Positions 26,784 to 35,845 of a stretch of 46,564 bases of DNA are shown in pieces; positions within the stretch are counted from its first letter, which is position 1; the number at the start of each line of letters is the position of its first letter. This stretch comes from Candidatus Magasanikbacteria bacterium CG1_02_41_34 (GTDB lineage Bacteria > Patescibacteriota > Patescibacteriia > Magasanikbacterales > UBA922): positions 1-46,564 of the forward strand of contig MNVD01000016.1 of NCBI GenBank assembly GCA_001871445.1, in the 5' to 3' direction. Below the pieces are notes generated by a model that was given only the letters and a program-made list of their open reading frames with translations, was not told where the DNA came from and did no database searches. Position numbers and translations under genes: made by a program.

Positions 26784-28592
26784 CTACATCTTCTCCACCG
26801 TCTCAATTCCAAGCAACAACAATCCGCGAGTCATCACGTCTCTGACAGTCTTAATAAGGAGAATGCGAAATTCTTTTACCTCTTCTTCCGCATCGAGTAC
26901 AGGACATACTGCATAAAAAGCATTGAACGCCTGGGCCAGTTCAAACATATACTTTGCAACATGTGATGGATCGTATTCTCGAACTGCTCGCTTTGTTATA
27001 TCAGGATAGGTAGCAAGTAACAAAAATAATTTCTTTTCTTCTGGAGTAATTGATGATTGTATATTGAAAATTGCTTGTTTCTTGTTACTTGTATTTTGTG
27101 CTTTTTCAAGGATACTTAAAATTCTCGCAACGATATACAGCAGATACGGTCCACTATCCCCTGTCGTCGACACGCTTTCTTCCATATCAAAGGCCACATC
27201 TTGCGAAACGTCTGCTTTGAGCATGGCATATTTCAATGCTGCACCAGTAATTTTTTGAATCGTTTCTTCGGACAATCCATGATCTTCGCCACGCTCTGCA
27301 AGGATTTGACGAATTTTTTCTTCTACTTCTTTCAGCAACTCGTCGCCACTAATAACATTCCCTTTTCTTGAACTCATTTTTTGTTCACCTTTCAATTGTA
27401 GATACCCACCAACCAGATGAAATTCCTTTCCTGTTGTTTGAGGAAGTAATTGTTCAAGTGCTTTGAAGACGACTTGAAAATACCCAGTCTGTTCCTTCCC
27501 TACCACGTGAATGACTTGATCAGGAGTAAAATCTGTAAAATGTTTTTCAGCAAGTGCAAGTTCCTTTCCTTCGTAGGTTGGATAGCCTTTGCTGTTGAGA
27601 AATACTCTGTCATGCAAATCATACTCACTGCCAGGGAAAATGACTGCTCCATCACTCTCGACAAAAATTCCTTTTTGTTTTCCTTCTTCCACAAGCTCAA
27701 CACCACGTTCGTACGTTTCTGATTCAAAATATAAACGGTCAAAATGACTGCCAAGTTTTTTGTAAATCGTATCAAAATAATCGAGACTCCACTGCCTTCC
27801 TGTTGTATATACTTCTTGTATGGAAGAATCTCGTTCGTACACCATTTCATTCAATCGAGCAATTGCCTTCTGTGCATCTTTATTTTCTTCATACGCATTT
27901 GCTCCTCTTGTGTATGCCTTGCCAAGAAATGCGACTCGTTCTTTGAGTATGCGTGATGATACCATTCTCACTTGCTCAGTAACTTCTTCCATAGTCAGAT
28001 GTTGTCCGTCGTCTGTCCCGCCTTTGGCAGGGATCCCGTCCGAAGGCGGGACAGTCTGTAGTCCATACAACACTTTTGCAATGTGCAGCCCAACGTCCCC
28101 CTGATAATTGACCCTCTTCACATCATACCCAGCATTTTCAAATACGCGAACAACGGATTCCCCCGTAACGAGATTCTTTAAATGACCAAGATGAAACACT
28201 TTCATCGGATTTGGGCAACCAAATTCAATCACCACCTGTTTTCCCTTGCCCTCAGTATGCATACCATACTGTTCACCTTCCTCAGTGATACCATTCAATA
28301 CAAATGACGCAACTTCTGCACCATCTAAAAAGAAGTTCACATATGGTCCAAAGGCTTTGACCTCTTTGATAAGACTAGATTGTATCATGTCTTCTTTTGC
28401 AAAGGCATCATTGAATTTTATTGCTAACTCAGTTGCAACATCAGTAGGACTTTTTCCCTCTTTTTTTGCCAACCAAAAACAGGGAAATGCGATATCACCC
28501 ATCTCAGAATTTGGAGGGGTAGAAAATTCTACCTTTTCAACACCAATGGCTTGTAATACTTGTGTTAGTTGACTTTCAATCTGTTTCATCAT
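26784..28592 (-). CDS. argS: Arginine--tRNA ligase
   Basis: FHLGHLKN HIGH motif, KMSSRKGN, GDSGPYLLY, FNAFY. Confidence 0.96.
   Translation of the reverse strand: MMKQIESQLTQVLQAIGVEKVEFSTPPNSEMGDIAFPCFWLAKKEGKSPTDVATELAIKFNDAFAKEDMIQSSLIKEVKAFGPYVNFFLDGAEVASFVLNGITEEGEQYGMHTEGKGKQVVIEFGCPNPMKVFHLGHLKNLVTGESVVRVFENAGYDVKRVNYQGDVGLHIAKVLYGLQTVPPSDGIPAKGGTDDGQHLTMEEVTEQVRMVSSRILKERVAFLGKAYTRGANAYEENKDAQKAIARLNEMVYERDSSIQEVYTTGRQWSLDYFDTIYKKLGSHFDRLYFESETYERGVELVEEGKQKGIFVESDGAVIFPGSEYDLHDRVFLNSKGYPTYEGKELALAEKHFTDFTPDQVIHVVGKEQTGYFQVVFKALEQLLPQTTGKEFHLVGGYLQLKGEQKMSSRKGNVISGDELLKEVEEKIRQILAERGEDHGLSEETIQKITGAALKYAMLKADVSQDVAFDMEESVSTTGDSGPYLLYIVARILSILEKAQNTSNKKQAIFNIQSSITPEEKKLFLLLATYPDITKRAVREYDPSHVAKYMFELAQAFNAFYAVCPVLDAEEEVKEFRILLIKTVRDVMTRGLLLLGIETVEKM
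27050..27098. repeat. Heptamer array inside argS
   Basis: ttgatga-ttgtata-ttgaaaa-ttgcttg-tttcttg-ttacttg-tattttg. Confidence 0.6.
28013..28054. repeat. 42-nt palindromic element in frame inside argS
   Basis: CTGTCCCGCCTTTGG...CCGAAGGCGGGACAG, 15-bp arms with one mismatch, central GGGATCCC. Confidence 0.8.
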
Positions 28593-28598
28593 ATCAAG

Positions 28599-29780
28599 TT
28601 ATACAATCCGTATAAAACTTCGTTTTCCTTTATTTACAATATCACCAGAAGTCACTGCAACATCATAAGAAGAAACTACCTCGTCATTTACGCGAACACC
28701 ATTGCCGTCAATCGCGCGACGAGCATCTCCTTTACTCGTCGCAAAACCAGCTTCAACGAGAACGTCTACAATGTTTGCGCTCATTGGAGCAAGATCAGGC
28801 ATCTCGTCTGGTACTTGCTTATTTGTAAATGTACTGATGAAATTTGCCTCTGCTTTTTCTGCATCTTCTACGGAAGAATAAAAGCTCACAATCGCTTTAC
28901 CAAGAAGCATTTTATAATTTCGAGGATTTGCCCCATCTCTCATCGCTTGTGTATATTGTTCAACTTCTTCCATTGGCACACGCGTCATGTACGTGAAGTA
29001 TGGAATAATAAGATCATCCGGTACACTCATGATTTTTCCAAACATATCGTCTGGTGCATCAGTCAAATTGACCGTGTTGCCCCAGCTCGAACTCATCTTA
29101 CGTCCATCTGTCCCAGCGACGAGAGGATTCATGATAATATCTTGTGCTTCCTGACCAAAGTGTGCCTGGAGTGTTCGTCCTGCGAGAAGATTGAATCGCT
29201 GATCTGTTCCACCAAGTTCAACATCAGCTTTGATTGCCACAGAATCGTATCCCTGCATGAGTGGGTAAAGCACTTCCCGGAGAGATACACGAGTACCAGC
29301 TTCCAGTCGACGACGAATATTATCTCGCGAAATAAATTCTGCAAGAGAAAACACATTTGCATGTTCACCTATTTCTTCGTAACTGAGTTTGTTCAGCCAT
29401 TCAGAATTGTGCCGAAATTCTATTTTTTTAAGATCAAGAATTTTCCCGACTTGTTCTTTGTAGGATGCGAGATTTTTTTCTACATCTTCACGAGTGAGCA
29501 TCGGGCGTTCGCTGTCTTTGTCAGACGTATCCCCTATGACACCCGTTGCATCACCTACAATAAACACAACTTTATGCCCAAGTTCCTGAAAATCACGAAG
29601 TTTCAAAAGTGGGATAGAACGTCCCAAATGGATATTTGCACTTGTTGGATCAATACCAAGTTTCACGCGAAGTTCTTTTCCAGATTCAAGTTTTTCAAGA
29701 AGATGTTTGCGATCAATAATTTCTTCTACACCGCGTGTAAGAAGTTCAATAATTTTGTTTTTATCTGTTGAAATTGTCAT
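28599..29780 (-). CDS. tyrS: Tyrosine--tRNA ligase
   Basis: GIDPTSANIHLGR, YPLMQGYD, GGTDQRFN, KMSSS, C-terminal S4 domain. Confidence 0.96.
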   Translation of the reverse strand: MTISTDKNKIIELLTRGVEEIIDRKHLLEKLESGKELRVKLGIDPTSANIHLGRSIPLLKLRDFQELGHKVVFIVGDATGVIGDTSDKDSERPMLTREDVEKNLASYKEQVGKILDLKKIEFRHNSEWLNKLSYEEIGEHANVFSLAEFISRDNIRRRLEAGTRVSLREVLYPLMQGYDSVAIKADVELGGTDQRFNLLAGRTLQAHFGQEAQDIIMNPLVAGTDGRKMSSSWGNTVNLTDAPDDMFGKIMSVPDDLIIPYFTYMTRVPMEEVEQYTQAMRDGANPRNYKMLLGKAIVSFYSSVEDAEKAEANFISTFTNKQVPDEMPDLAPMSANIVDVLVEAGFATSKGDARRAIDGNGVRVNDEVVSSYDVAVTSGDIVNKGKRSFIRIV

Positions 29781-29783
29781 ACG

Positions 29784-30179
29784 TTATCTTCCAAAAAAAT
29801 AATATAATGCAAAAAGCATAACTGCTATATCGAGAATGATAAAAATCCTAATCAATTCTTTTTTACTCTCACTCATCCGAGACCACATGCCCTTCCCTAT
29901 ATACATGTTTTGAGTTTGTGATTGAGATTGTTTTCCTTTCTCTCTTGCGTTGTCTTGTAGCACAAGTTGTTTTAACATATTACCAACAGTCTTTTTCCCC
30001 ATAAGTCGAAACACCAGAGAAGACAGCGACTTTTCCAAAAATGTATTTCTTTTCCCATGTTGAGATACCGTCAAACGCATCAGTTCATCTTTATTATCTA
30101 CAATATCAGGAGTTCCATCATTATCAGAATCCGTGGTAAAGGCAATTTTTTGTTCTTCCGTAAGCGTTGACATAGACAT
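29784..30179 (-). CDS. Hypothetical tail-anchored membrane protein
   Basis: 131 aa between valS and tyrS; DSDNDGTPD motif near N-terminus, single C-terminal TM. Confidence 0.7.
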   Translation of the reverse strand: MSMSTLTEEQKIAFTTDSDNDGTPDIVDNKDELMRLTVSQHGKRNTFLEKSLSSLVFRLMGKKTVGNMLKQLVLQDNAREKGKQSQSQTQNMYIGKGMWSRMSESKKELIRIFIILDIAVMLFALYYFFGR

Positions 30180-30182
30180 CTA

Positions 30183-32846
30183 TTATAGCATCGCGAGTTG
30201 TTCTTGTAGAGCGGTGAGCTTTTGTGTTGCGTCATTGAGCTTCTTTTTTTCAACAGCGATGACTGCTTCTGGTGCGTTGTCGACAAATTCCTTATTTGAA
30301 AGTTTCTTTTCCAGTTGCATTACATACGGTGATACATGATCGATTTCTTTTTGGAGACGTGTTTTTTCTACATCGACATCAATCGCTCCTGCGAGATCAA
30401 GATGCAGTGTTATACTCCCAACAACCGCTGTGCTTGCTTGTTCTGGTTTTGCACTCTCGTCTCCGGTAACAGTCAAGGATCCAACACGTGCCAATCCTCT
30501 AATCAACACTGCATTTTCATCGAGCATTGCTTGTTCTTCACCACAAACAATAACAATACCCACTTCTTTTCCTGGCTCAATATTTTTTTCTGAACGGAGT
30601 GAACGAATGTTGGTAATGATATCTCTAATTAAACCAAAGCCATGCATTTGAACATTGGCTCCCTCAACAAAATGCTCTTTATCAAATAATGGCATTTTTT
30701 GAACCATCAACATTTCAGCAGATTCATAAACAGACTGCCAAATTGCTTCAGTAACGAATGGAATAAACGGATGCCACAATTTAAGCAAATTATTGAGAAT
30801 AAAATTTAGGATTTCAGACTTATTTCCTTCTATTTTTGCTATCTCAAGGTACCAATCAGCTAATGTGTTCCATGTAAAATTTTGCAATAACTCAGCTGCT
30901 TGAGAAAAACTGTACTTCTTTATATATAAATGGTAATGCATAATTACCAAATTCAATTCATCAAGTATCCAAGCATCAGATAATGTCTGTGCTTCTGGTC
31001 GCTTAACATCAGTAACAGGATTTTCAATGTTCATCAAGATAAACCGAGAAATATTCCACAACTTATTCGCAAAATTTCTATATGATCCAATTTTCTCTTC
31101 AGAAAGTTTTGAGTCATTGCCTGGTGACGAACCAACCATCAACGACAAGCGTACCGCATCTGTCCCAAACTTTTCTGATACATCGAGTGGATCAATAATA
31201 TTGTCGAGTGACTTGCTCATCTTTCTCCCCTGTTCATCCCGTACGAGCCCATGCAAATACACGGTCTTGAATGGGATTTCGCCACGCAAGCAAGTGGTCA
31301 TGAGAATCATACGGACCACCCAAAATGTGAGGATGTCGTAGCCAGTTTCTAGGACACTTGTTGGGTGATAATTTTTTTGATCTTCACTCTTGCCTTCTAC
31401 ACCACCAAATGGTGAAAAGCTAAACATGCCAGCACTAAACCACGTATCGAGGGTATCAGAATCCTGTGTCCAGCCTTCACCCTCTGGCGCATCAATACCA
31501 ACATACACGTCATCGCCTCGGTACCACGCAGGCACACGATGCCCATACCAAATCTGACGAGACAAACACCAATCGAGTAAATTATCTACCCAATTAAAAT
31601 ATTGTTTTTCAAAACGATCTGGAAGTATTTGAATCTGTTTTGTGTTCACGACATGTTGAAGCAATTCTTGCAAAGACACATCTTGCCCGTCTGTAATGCC
31701 TTCAATATGTGAATGTTCTAGTGTAAATTTTTTCTTCACATCAACCCACCACTGCTTCATGATCTGTGGCTCGATGAGTCCACCACCACGACTGTTTGTC
31801 GCAATACTATGCACATACTCTTCATCCACTTTTACGAGCAATCCTTTTGCTTTCAATTTTTCTACAATCTTTGGTCGCGCATCAAGGATATTCATGCCAG
31901 CAAATTCTTCTGCTACAGGAAGAAGGTTTCCATCGAAATCAATAACTTGTTCTTTTTCGAGATTGTGACGCTCTGCAATAAAAAAATCTGTTGCATCATG
32001 CCATGGTGTGATCGTCATAACACCAGTTCCAAATGCTGGATCAACCGAGTCATCCTTGATAATCGTTGCTGTTACTTTTCCGTTGATCCATTCACATTCA
32101 AAGGTATCGCCATGTTTGTATTTAGCATATCGTTCATCGTCTGGATGCATGACGACATATTTATCACCAAATTTTGTCTCTGGTCGCGCAGTGCTTATCA
32201 CAAATGGACCATATTGAAAATAATAAAAAGGAGCTTTTTCTTCTGTTCGGACAACTTCGATATCTGACACATTTGATTGCATCTTTGGATCCCAATTGAC
32301 AATGCGATCTCCACGATAGATGAGTCCCATGTCGTACATGATGTTGAATGCTGTGCGGACGGCAAGATTTCGATCCTCATCAAGAGAATAATATTCTCGA
32401 GACCAATCGAGTGAAGTCCCCATGCGTTTTGCTTGGTTTACAATACGATCGTGACTATCCTGCGCAAAATCTTCCACGCGTTTCAAAAATACCTCACGAC
32501 CAAGATCATGACGAGTTTTCTTTTCATCATTCCAGAGCATGCGCTCTACCTTTTCCTGTGTTGCGATCGCTGCGTGGTCTGTCCCAGGCACCCAGAGTGT
32601 TTTATCACCTTTCATACGATGATAGCGAACCATCACATCCTCGATAGCAAGCATGACCGCATGCCCAATATGCAGTGTCCCTGTCACATTTGGCGGAGGA
32701 AGGACAATACTAAACGACTCTGCATCCTTATCAGTAATACCTTTTTCAATACAAACATCTGGATTAAAAAATCCACTCTCTTCCCAGTGTTTGTAAATAT
32801 TTTCTTCGTATTTGAATGGCTCGTATGCCTTTGGAAGTTCTTTCAT
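30183..32846 (-). CDS. valS: Valine--tRNA ligase
   Basis: PPPNVTGTLHIGH, DWCLSRQIWYGH, RKMSKS, C-terminal coiled coil; start MKELPK at 32846. Confidence 0.97.
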   Translation of the reverse strand: MKELPKAYEPFKYEENIYKHWEESGFFNPDVCIEKGITDKDAESFSIVLPPPNVTGTLHIGHAVMLAIEDVMVRYHRMKGDKTLWVPGTDHAAIATQEKVERMLWNDEKKTRHDLGREVFLKRVEDFAQDSHDRIVNQAKRMGTSLDWSREYYSLDEDRNLAVRTAFNIMYDMGLIYRGDRIVNWDPKMQSNVSDIEVVRTEEKAPFYYFQYGPFVISTARPETKFGDKYVVMHPDDERYAKYKHGDTFECEWINGKVTATIIKDDSVDPAFGTGVMTITPWHDATDFFIAERHNLEKEQVIDFDGNLLPVAEEFAGMNILDARPKIVEKLKAKGLLVKVDEEYVHSIATNSRGGGLIEPQIMKQWWVDVKKKFTLEHSHIEGITDGQDVSLQELLQHVVNTKQIQILPDRFEKQYFNWVDNLLDWCLSRQIWYGHRVPAWYRGDDVYVGIDAPEGEGWTQDSDTLDTWFSAGMFSFSPFGGVEGKSEDQKNYHPTSVLETGYDILTFWVVRMILMTTCLRGEIPFKTVYLHGLVRDEQGRKMSKSLDNIIDPLDVSEKFGTDAVRLSLMVGSSPGNDSKLSEEKIGSYRNFANKLWNISRFILMNIENPVTDVKRPEAQTLSDAWILDELNLVIMHYHLYIKKYSFSQAAELLQNFTWNTLADWYLEIAKIEGNKSEILNFILNNLLKLWHPFIPFVTEAIWQSVYESAEMLMVQKMPLFDKEHFVEGANVQMHGFGLIRDIITNIRSLRSEKNIEPGKEVGIVIVCGEEQAMLDENAVLIRGLARVGSLTVTGDESAKPEQASTAVVGSITLHLDLAGAIDVDVEKTRLQKEIDHVSPYVMQLEKKLSNKEFVDNAPEAVIAVEKKKLNDATQKLTALQEQLAML

Positions 32847-32930
32847 AAAAACGTATACAGATATCTGAAACATCGTCATTATACATCCCATACTACCAAA
32901 ATATGATGAAAACGCAAGTTTTTGGCTCCG

Positions 32931-32959
32931 TTGACAGAATTGCAATAATCCGCTATAGT
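32931..32959 (+). promoter_or_regulatory. Sigma70-type promoter of the DHH gene
   Basis: TTGACA-17 nt-TATAGT. Confidence 0.75.
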
Positions 32960-32999
32960 ATTTGACTGTCCTCATCTCTTTCATAGAGGGCATAGTATT

Positions 33000-34151
33000 A
33001 TGGCACTTTCAACCATCCAACAAATTCATACCCTCGTCACTGAAAAAAAGCAGTTCCTCATCACCTTCCGCAAAGACGCGGGAAGCGATGCTATCGGGAG
33101 CGTTGCTGCACTCATGGCTTTTCTGACCGCACAGGGAAAACGTGTGGATGTTGTGGTAGATGGATTTGTCTTGCCGGACAAATTGCAATTTCTAAAAATT
33201 GCACGATCATTCCAAAATAATTTTTCTCATTTACAAAAATTTATATTGACCATCGATGTAAAAAATACTGGTGTCGAAGAACTCAGCTATGATGTAAAGG
33301 ATGAAAAACTTCGTATCTACATCACACCAAAACACGGAGCACTTGCGCGTGAACATATTACAACCGCACAGACAGATTTCAAATACGATGCAATATTTGT
33401 CGTTGATACACCAGATCTCGAATCACTAGGAGCAACCTATAGAAACAATAGTGATCTTTTTTATACCGAACCAGTCATCAACATCGATCACCATATCGCA
33501 AATGAACAATTTGGACAGATCAATATCGTTGATAGCACCGTAGCAACATCTGCCGAATTACTTTTTGATATATTCAAACAACTCGGAGAAGAACATATCT
33601 CACAAGAAGTTGCGACAGCACTCCTCACCGCGATGATCGATAGCACACGCAGCTTCACAGCAGAAAATGTCAAACCACAAACACTCCGTACGGCAAGCAC
33701 ACTCATGGCACTTGGTGCAGACCGACAATATATTATTCACAATTTGTATCGTACGAAAACCATTGGTTCACTCAAACTTTGGGGGGAAGCACTCGCACAA
33801 CTCGAACGACATGAAAATCTCAATCTCGTAGCGACAAGATTGTCACGCGATATCTTCGTTCAAACAGGAGCATCAGAATCATCGCTTTACGATATCGTCG
33901 ATGAACTCATTGTCTATTCTCCAGAAGCAAAACTTATCCTCCTCACTCACGAGCACGCAAATGGAGATGATACCATACACAGCATTCTCTACGCAGCAAA
34001 AGGCTATGATGCGAAGGCACTCTTGAAATCATTGAATCCAACAGGAGATGACATGCGTGCATCAGTCACCATGCGAGAGAAGTCAGTCAGAGAAGTAGAA
34101 GAAAAAGTGATTGAAGAAGTGAAATACAGATTAGACGCGTTGAAGAAATAA
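33000..34151 (+). CDS. DHH family phosphoesterase (NrnA-like)
   Basis: SDAIGS, VDTPD, INIDHH, IDST motifs. Confidence 0.85.
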   Translation: MALSTIQQIHTLVTEKKQFLITFRKDAGSDAIGSVAALMAFLTAQGKRVDVVVDGFVLPDKLQFLKIARSFQNNFSHLQKFILTIDVKNTGVEELSYDVKDEKLRIYITPKHGALAREHITTAQTDFKYDAIFVVDTPDLESLGATYRNNSDLFYTEPVINIDHHIANEQFGQINIVDSTVATSAELLFDIFKQLGEEHISQEVATALLTAMIDSTRSFTAENVKPQTLRTASTLMALGADRQYIIHNLYRTKTIGSLKLWGEALAQLERHENLNLVATRLSRDIFVQTGASESSLYDIVDELIVYSPEAKLILLTHEHANGDDTIHSILYAAKGYDAKALLKSLNPTGDDMRASVTMREKSVREVEEKVIEEVKYRLDALKK

Positions 34152-34165
34152 ACAAATAGATGATT

Positions 34166-34195
34166 AAAAATTCTCCTTTAATGAGGAGAATTTTT
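34166..34195. terminator. Bidirectional terminator between convergent DHH and gpmI genes
   Basis: AAAAATTCTCCT-TTAATG-AGGAGAATTTTT. Confidence 0.8.
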
Positions 34196-34224
34196 TTAAT
34201 CTTTCAATCTTTTTATTATGTATC

Positions 34225-35802
34225 TTACATCAATGCTCTTCCTGTCATCTCTGGTGGCTGTTCAACACCAAGCAATTTCAACATCGTCGGTGCAACATCT
34301 GCGAGCATGCCGACTGGGTGCATGAGAGAAAGATCACCTTCTGGTGGGTCACCAGCAGGGCCTGCCTTTCCACGATATTCATTGCCAATGATATAAAATG
34401 GAACAGGATTTGTACTATGTTCTTTATCCATGTCACCAGTTTCAAGATTAATGACTTCTTCAGCATTTCCATGATCTGCAGTAATAAGAAGAAGACCGTC
34501 CTTTGATAATACATGATCTGCAATAATACCAAGCGCTTTGTCCGTAGCTTCAACACCAGCAATTGTTGCAGCGAGATCACCTGTATGTCCTACCATGTCG
34601 GCATTCGCAAAGTTGAGAATAATAACATCGTACAGATCCGCTTCAATCACGCGTACAACTTCTTTTACAATGAGCGCAGCAGACATCTCTGGTGCTTGAT
34701 CGTATGAGGAAACTTTTGGCGACGAAATAATTTTTCGGTCTTCTCTGGGAAAAGGATTTTCAACAGTACCATTGAGAAAGAACGTCACATGCGCATACTT
34801 TTCTGTTTCAGCAATATGAAACTGTGACAAATCAGCATTACTTAATACTCCAGCAAGACAATTGTGAACGACTACTGGTGGAAATGCTACTGAGACAGGT
34901 AACTCTTTTTCATATTCTGTCATGGTAACAAACGTCACATCTCGAATATATGCTCGCTTAAATTTTTCAAATGCCGGTAAGACGAATGCCTGCGTGAGTT
35001 GTCTTGCACGGTCCGGACGGAAGTTAAAAAAGATCACAGCATCACCAGATGACACTCGTGCAGTTGGCTCTCCTTCTTTTCCAATAACAACGGGTTCAAA
35101 TTCTTCATCGTACACTTTTTTTTCATACGATGCATCAATAGCAGATGAGGCAGAAGGAAAATATACAGATGCTTCTCCAAGAGCAATGACCGTATATGCT
35201 TTTTCAATGCGGTCCCAACGATTGTCACGATCCATTCCCCAATATCGTCCACCCAATGTTGCAATTTTCCCGACACCAAGTTCTTTCATTTTTGCCTCGA
35301 GTTCTGCAATAAATGTTTTTCCACTATCAAACTTACTATCACGTCCATCGAGAAATGCATGGATCATCACCTTCTTTATTTTTTTTGTTTTTGCCAATTC
35401 AAGAATAGCAAACAAATGTTCCTGACTGGCATGCACATTTCCATGACCGACAAGTCCCATAATATGGAGTGTCGAACTGTTCTTTGTAACCGCTTCTATT
35501 GCATCACGAAGTGCTTCGTTTGCGAAAAAAGACCCATCTGAAATACTTTTATTGATGCGCGGCAATGTCTGGTAATACACGCGCCCAGCTCCGATATTCA
35601 AATGACCAACTTCTGAATTTCCCATTTCTCCAAACTGAAGACCAACTTCATTGCCAGAAGCATACAGTGTCATAACAGGATATTCTTTTGTAAAAACATC
35701 CATGCGTGGTGTTTTTGCACGGGTAATCGCATTTCCCTCACTATCTTGCGCGATACCCCATCCATCACAGATGGCAAGAACTGTTGGTTTTGGTCTTTGC
35801 AT
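34225..35802 (-). CDS. gpmI: 2,3-BPG-independent phosphoglycerate mutase, copy A
   Basis: DGWG, GNSEVGH, ETEKYAHVTFF, NADMVGHTG, TADHGNAE. Confidence 0.96.
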   Translation of the reverse strand: MQRPKPTVLAICDGWGIAQDSEGNAITRAKTPRMDVFTKEYPVMTLYASGNEVGLQFGEMGNSEVGHLNIGAGRVYYQTLPRINKSISDGSFFANEALRDAIEAVTKNSSTLHIMGLVGHGNVHASQEHLFAILELAKTKKIKKVMIHAFLDGRDSKFDSGKTFIAELEAKMKELGVGKIATLGGRYWGMDRDNRWDRIEKAYTVIALGEASVYFPSASSAIDASYEKKVYDEEFEPVVIGKEGEPTARVSSGDAVIFFNFRPDRARQLTQAFVLPAFEKFKRAYIRDVTFVTMTEYEKELPVSVAFPPVVVHNCLAGVLSNADLSQFHIAETEKYAHVTFFLNGTVENPFPREDRKIISSPKVSSYDQAPEMSAALIVKEVVRVIEADLYDVIILNFANADMVGHTGDLAATIAGVEATDKALGIIADHVLSKDGLLLITADHGNAEEVINLETGDMDKEHSTNPVPFYIIGNEYRGKAGPAGDPPEGDLSLMHPVGMLADVAPTMLKLLGVEQPPEMTGRALM

Positions 35803-35845
35803 AATCCTAATCTACAAATAATTCGTTCCTCCTCAAATATTTCTA

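Noticed and set aside
28569-29771. 400-aa plus-strand ORF
   Set aside because: Antisense shadow of tyrS with no recognisable motifs.
32847-32999. T-box leader for valS/tyrS/argS
   Set aside because: The region is short, holds divergent promoter elements and lacks the T-box consensus.
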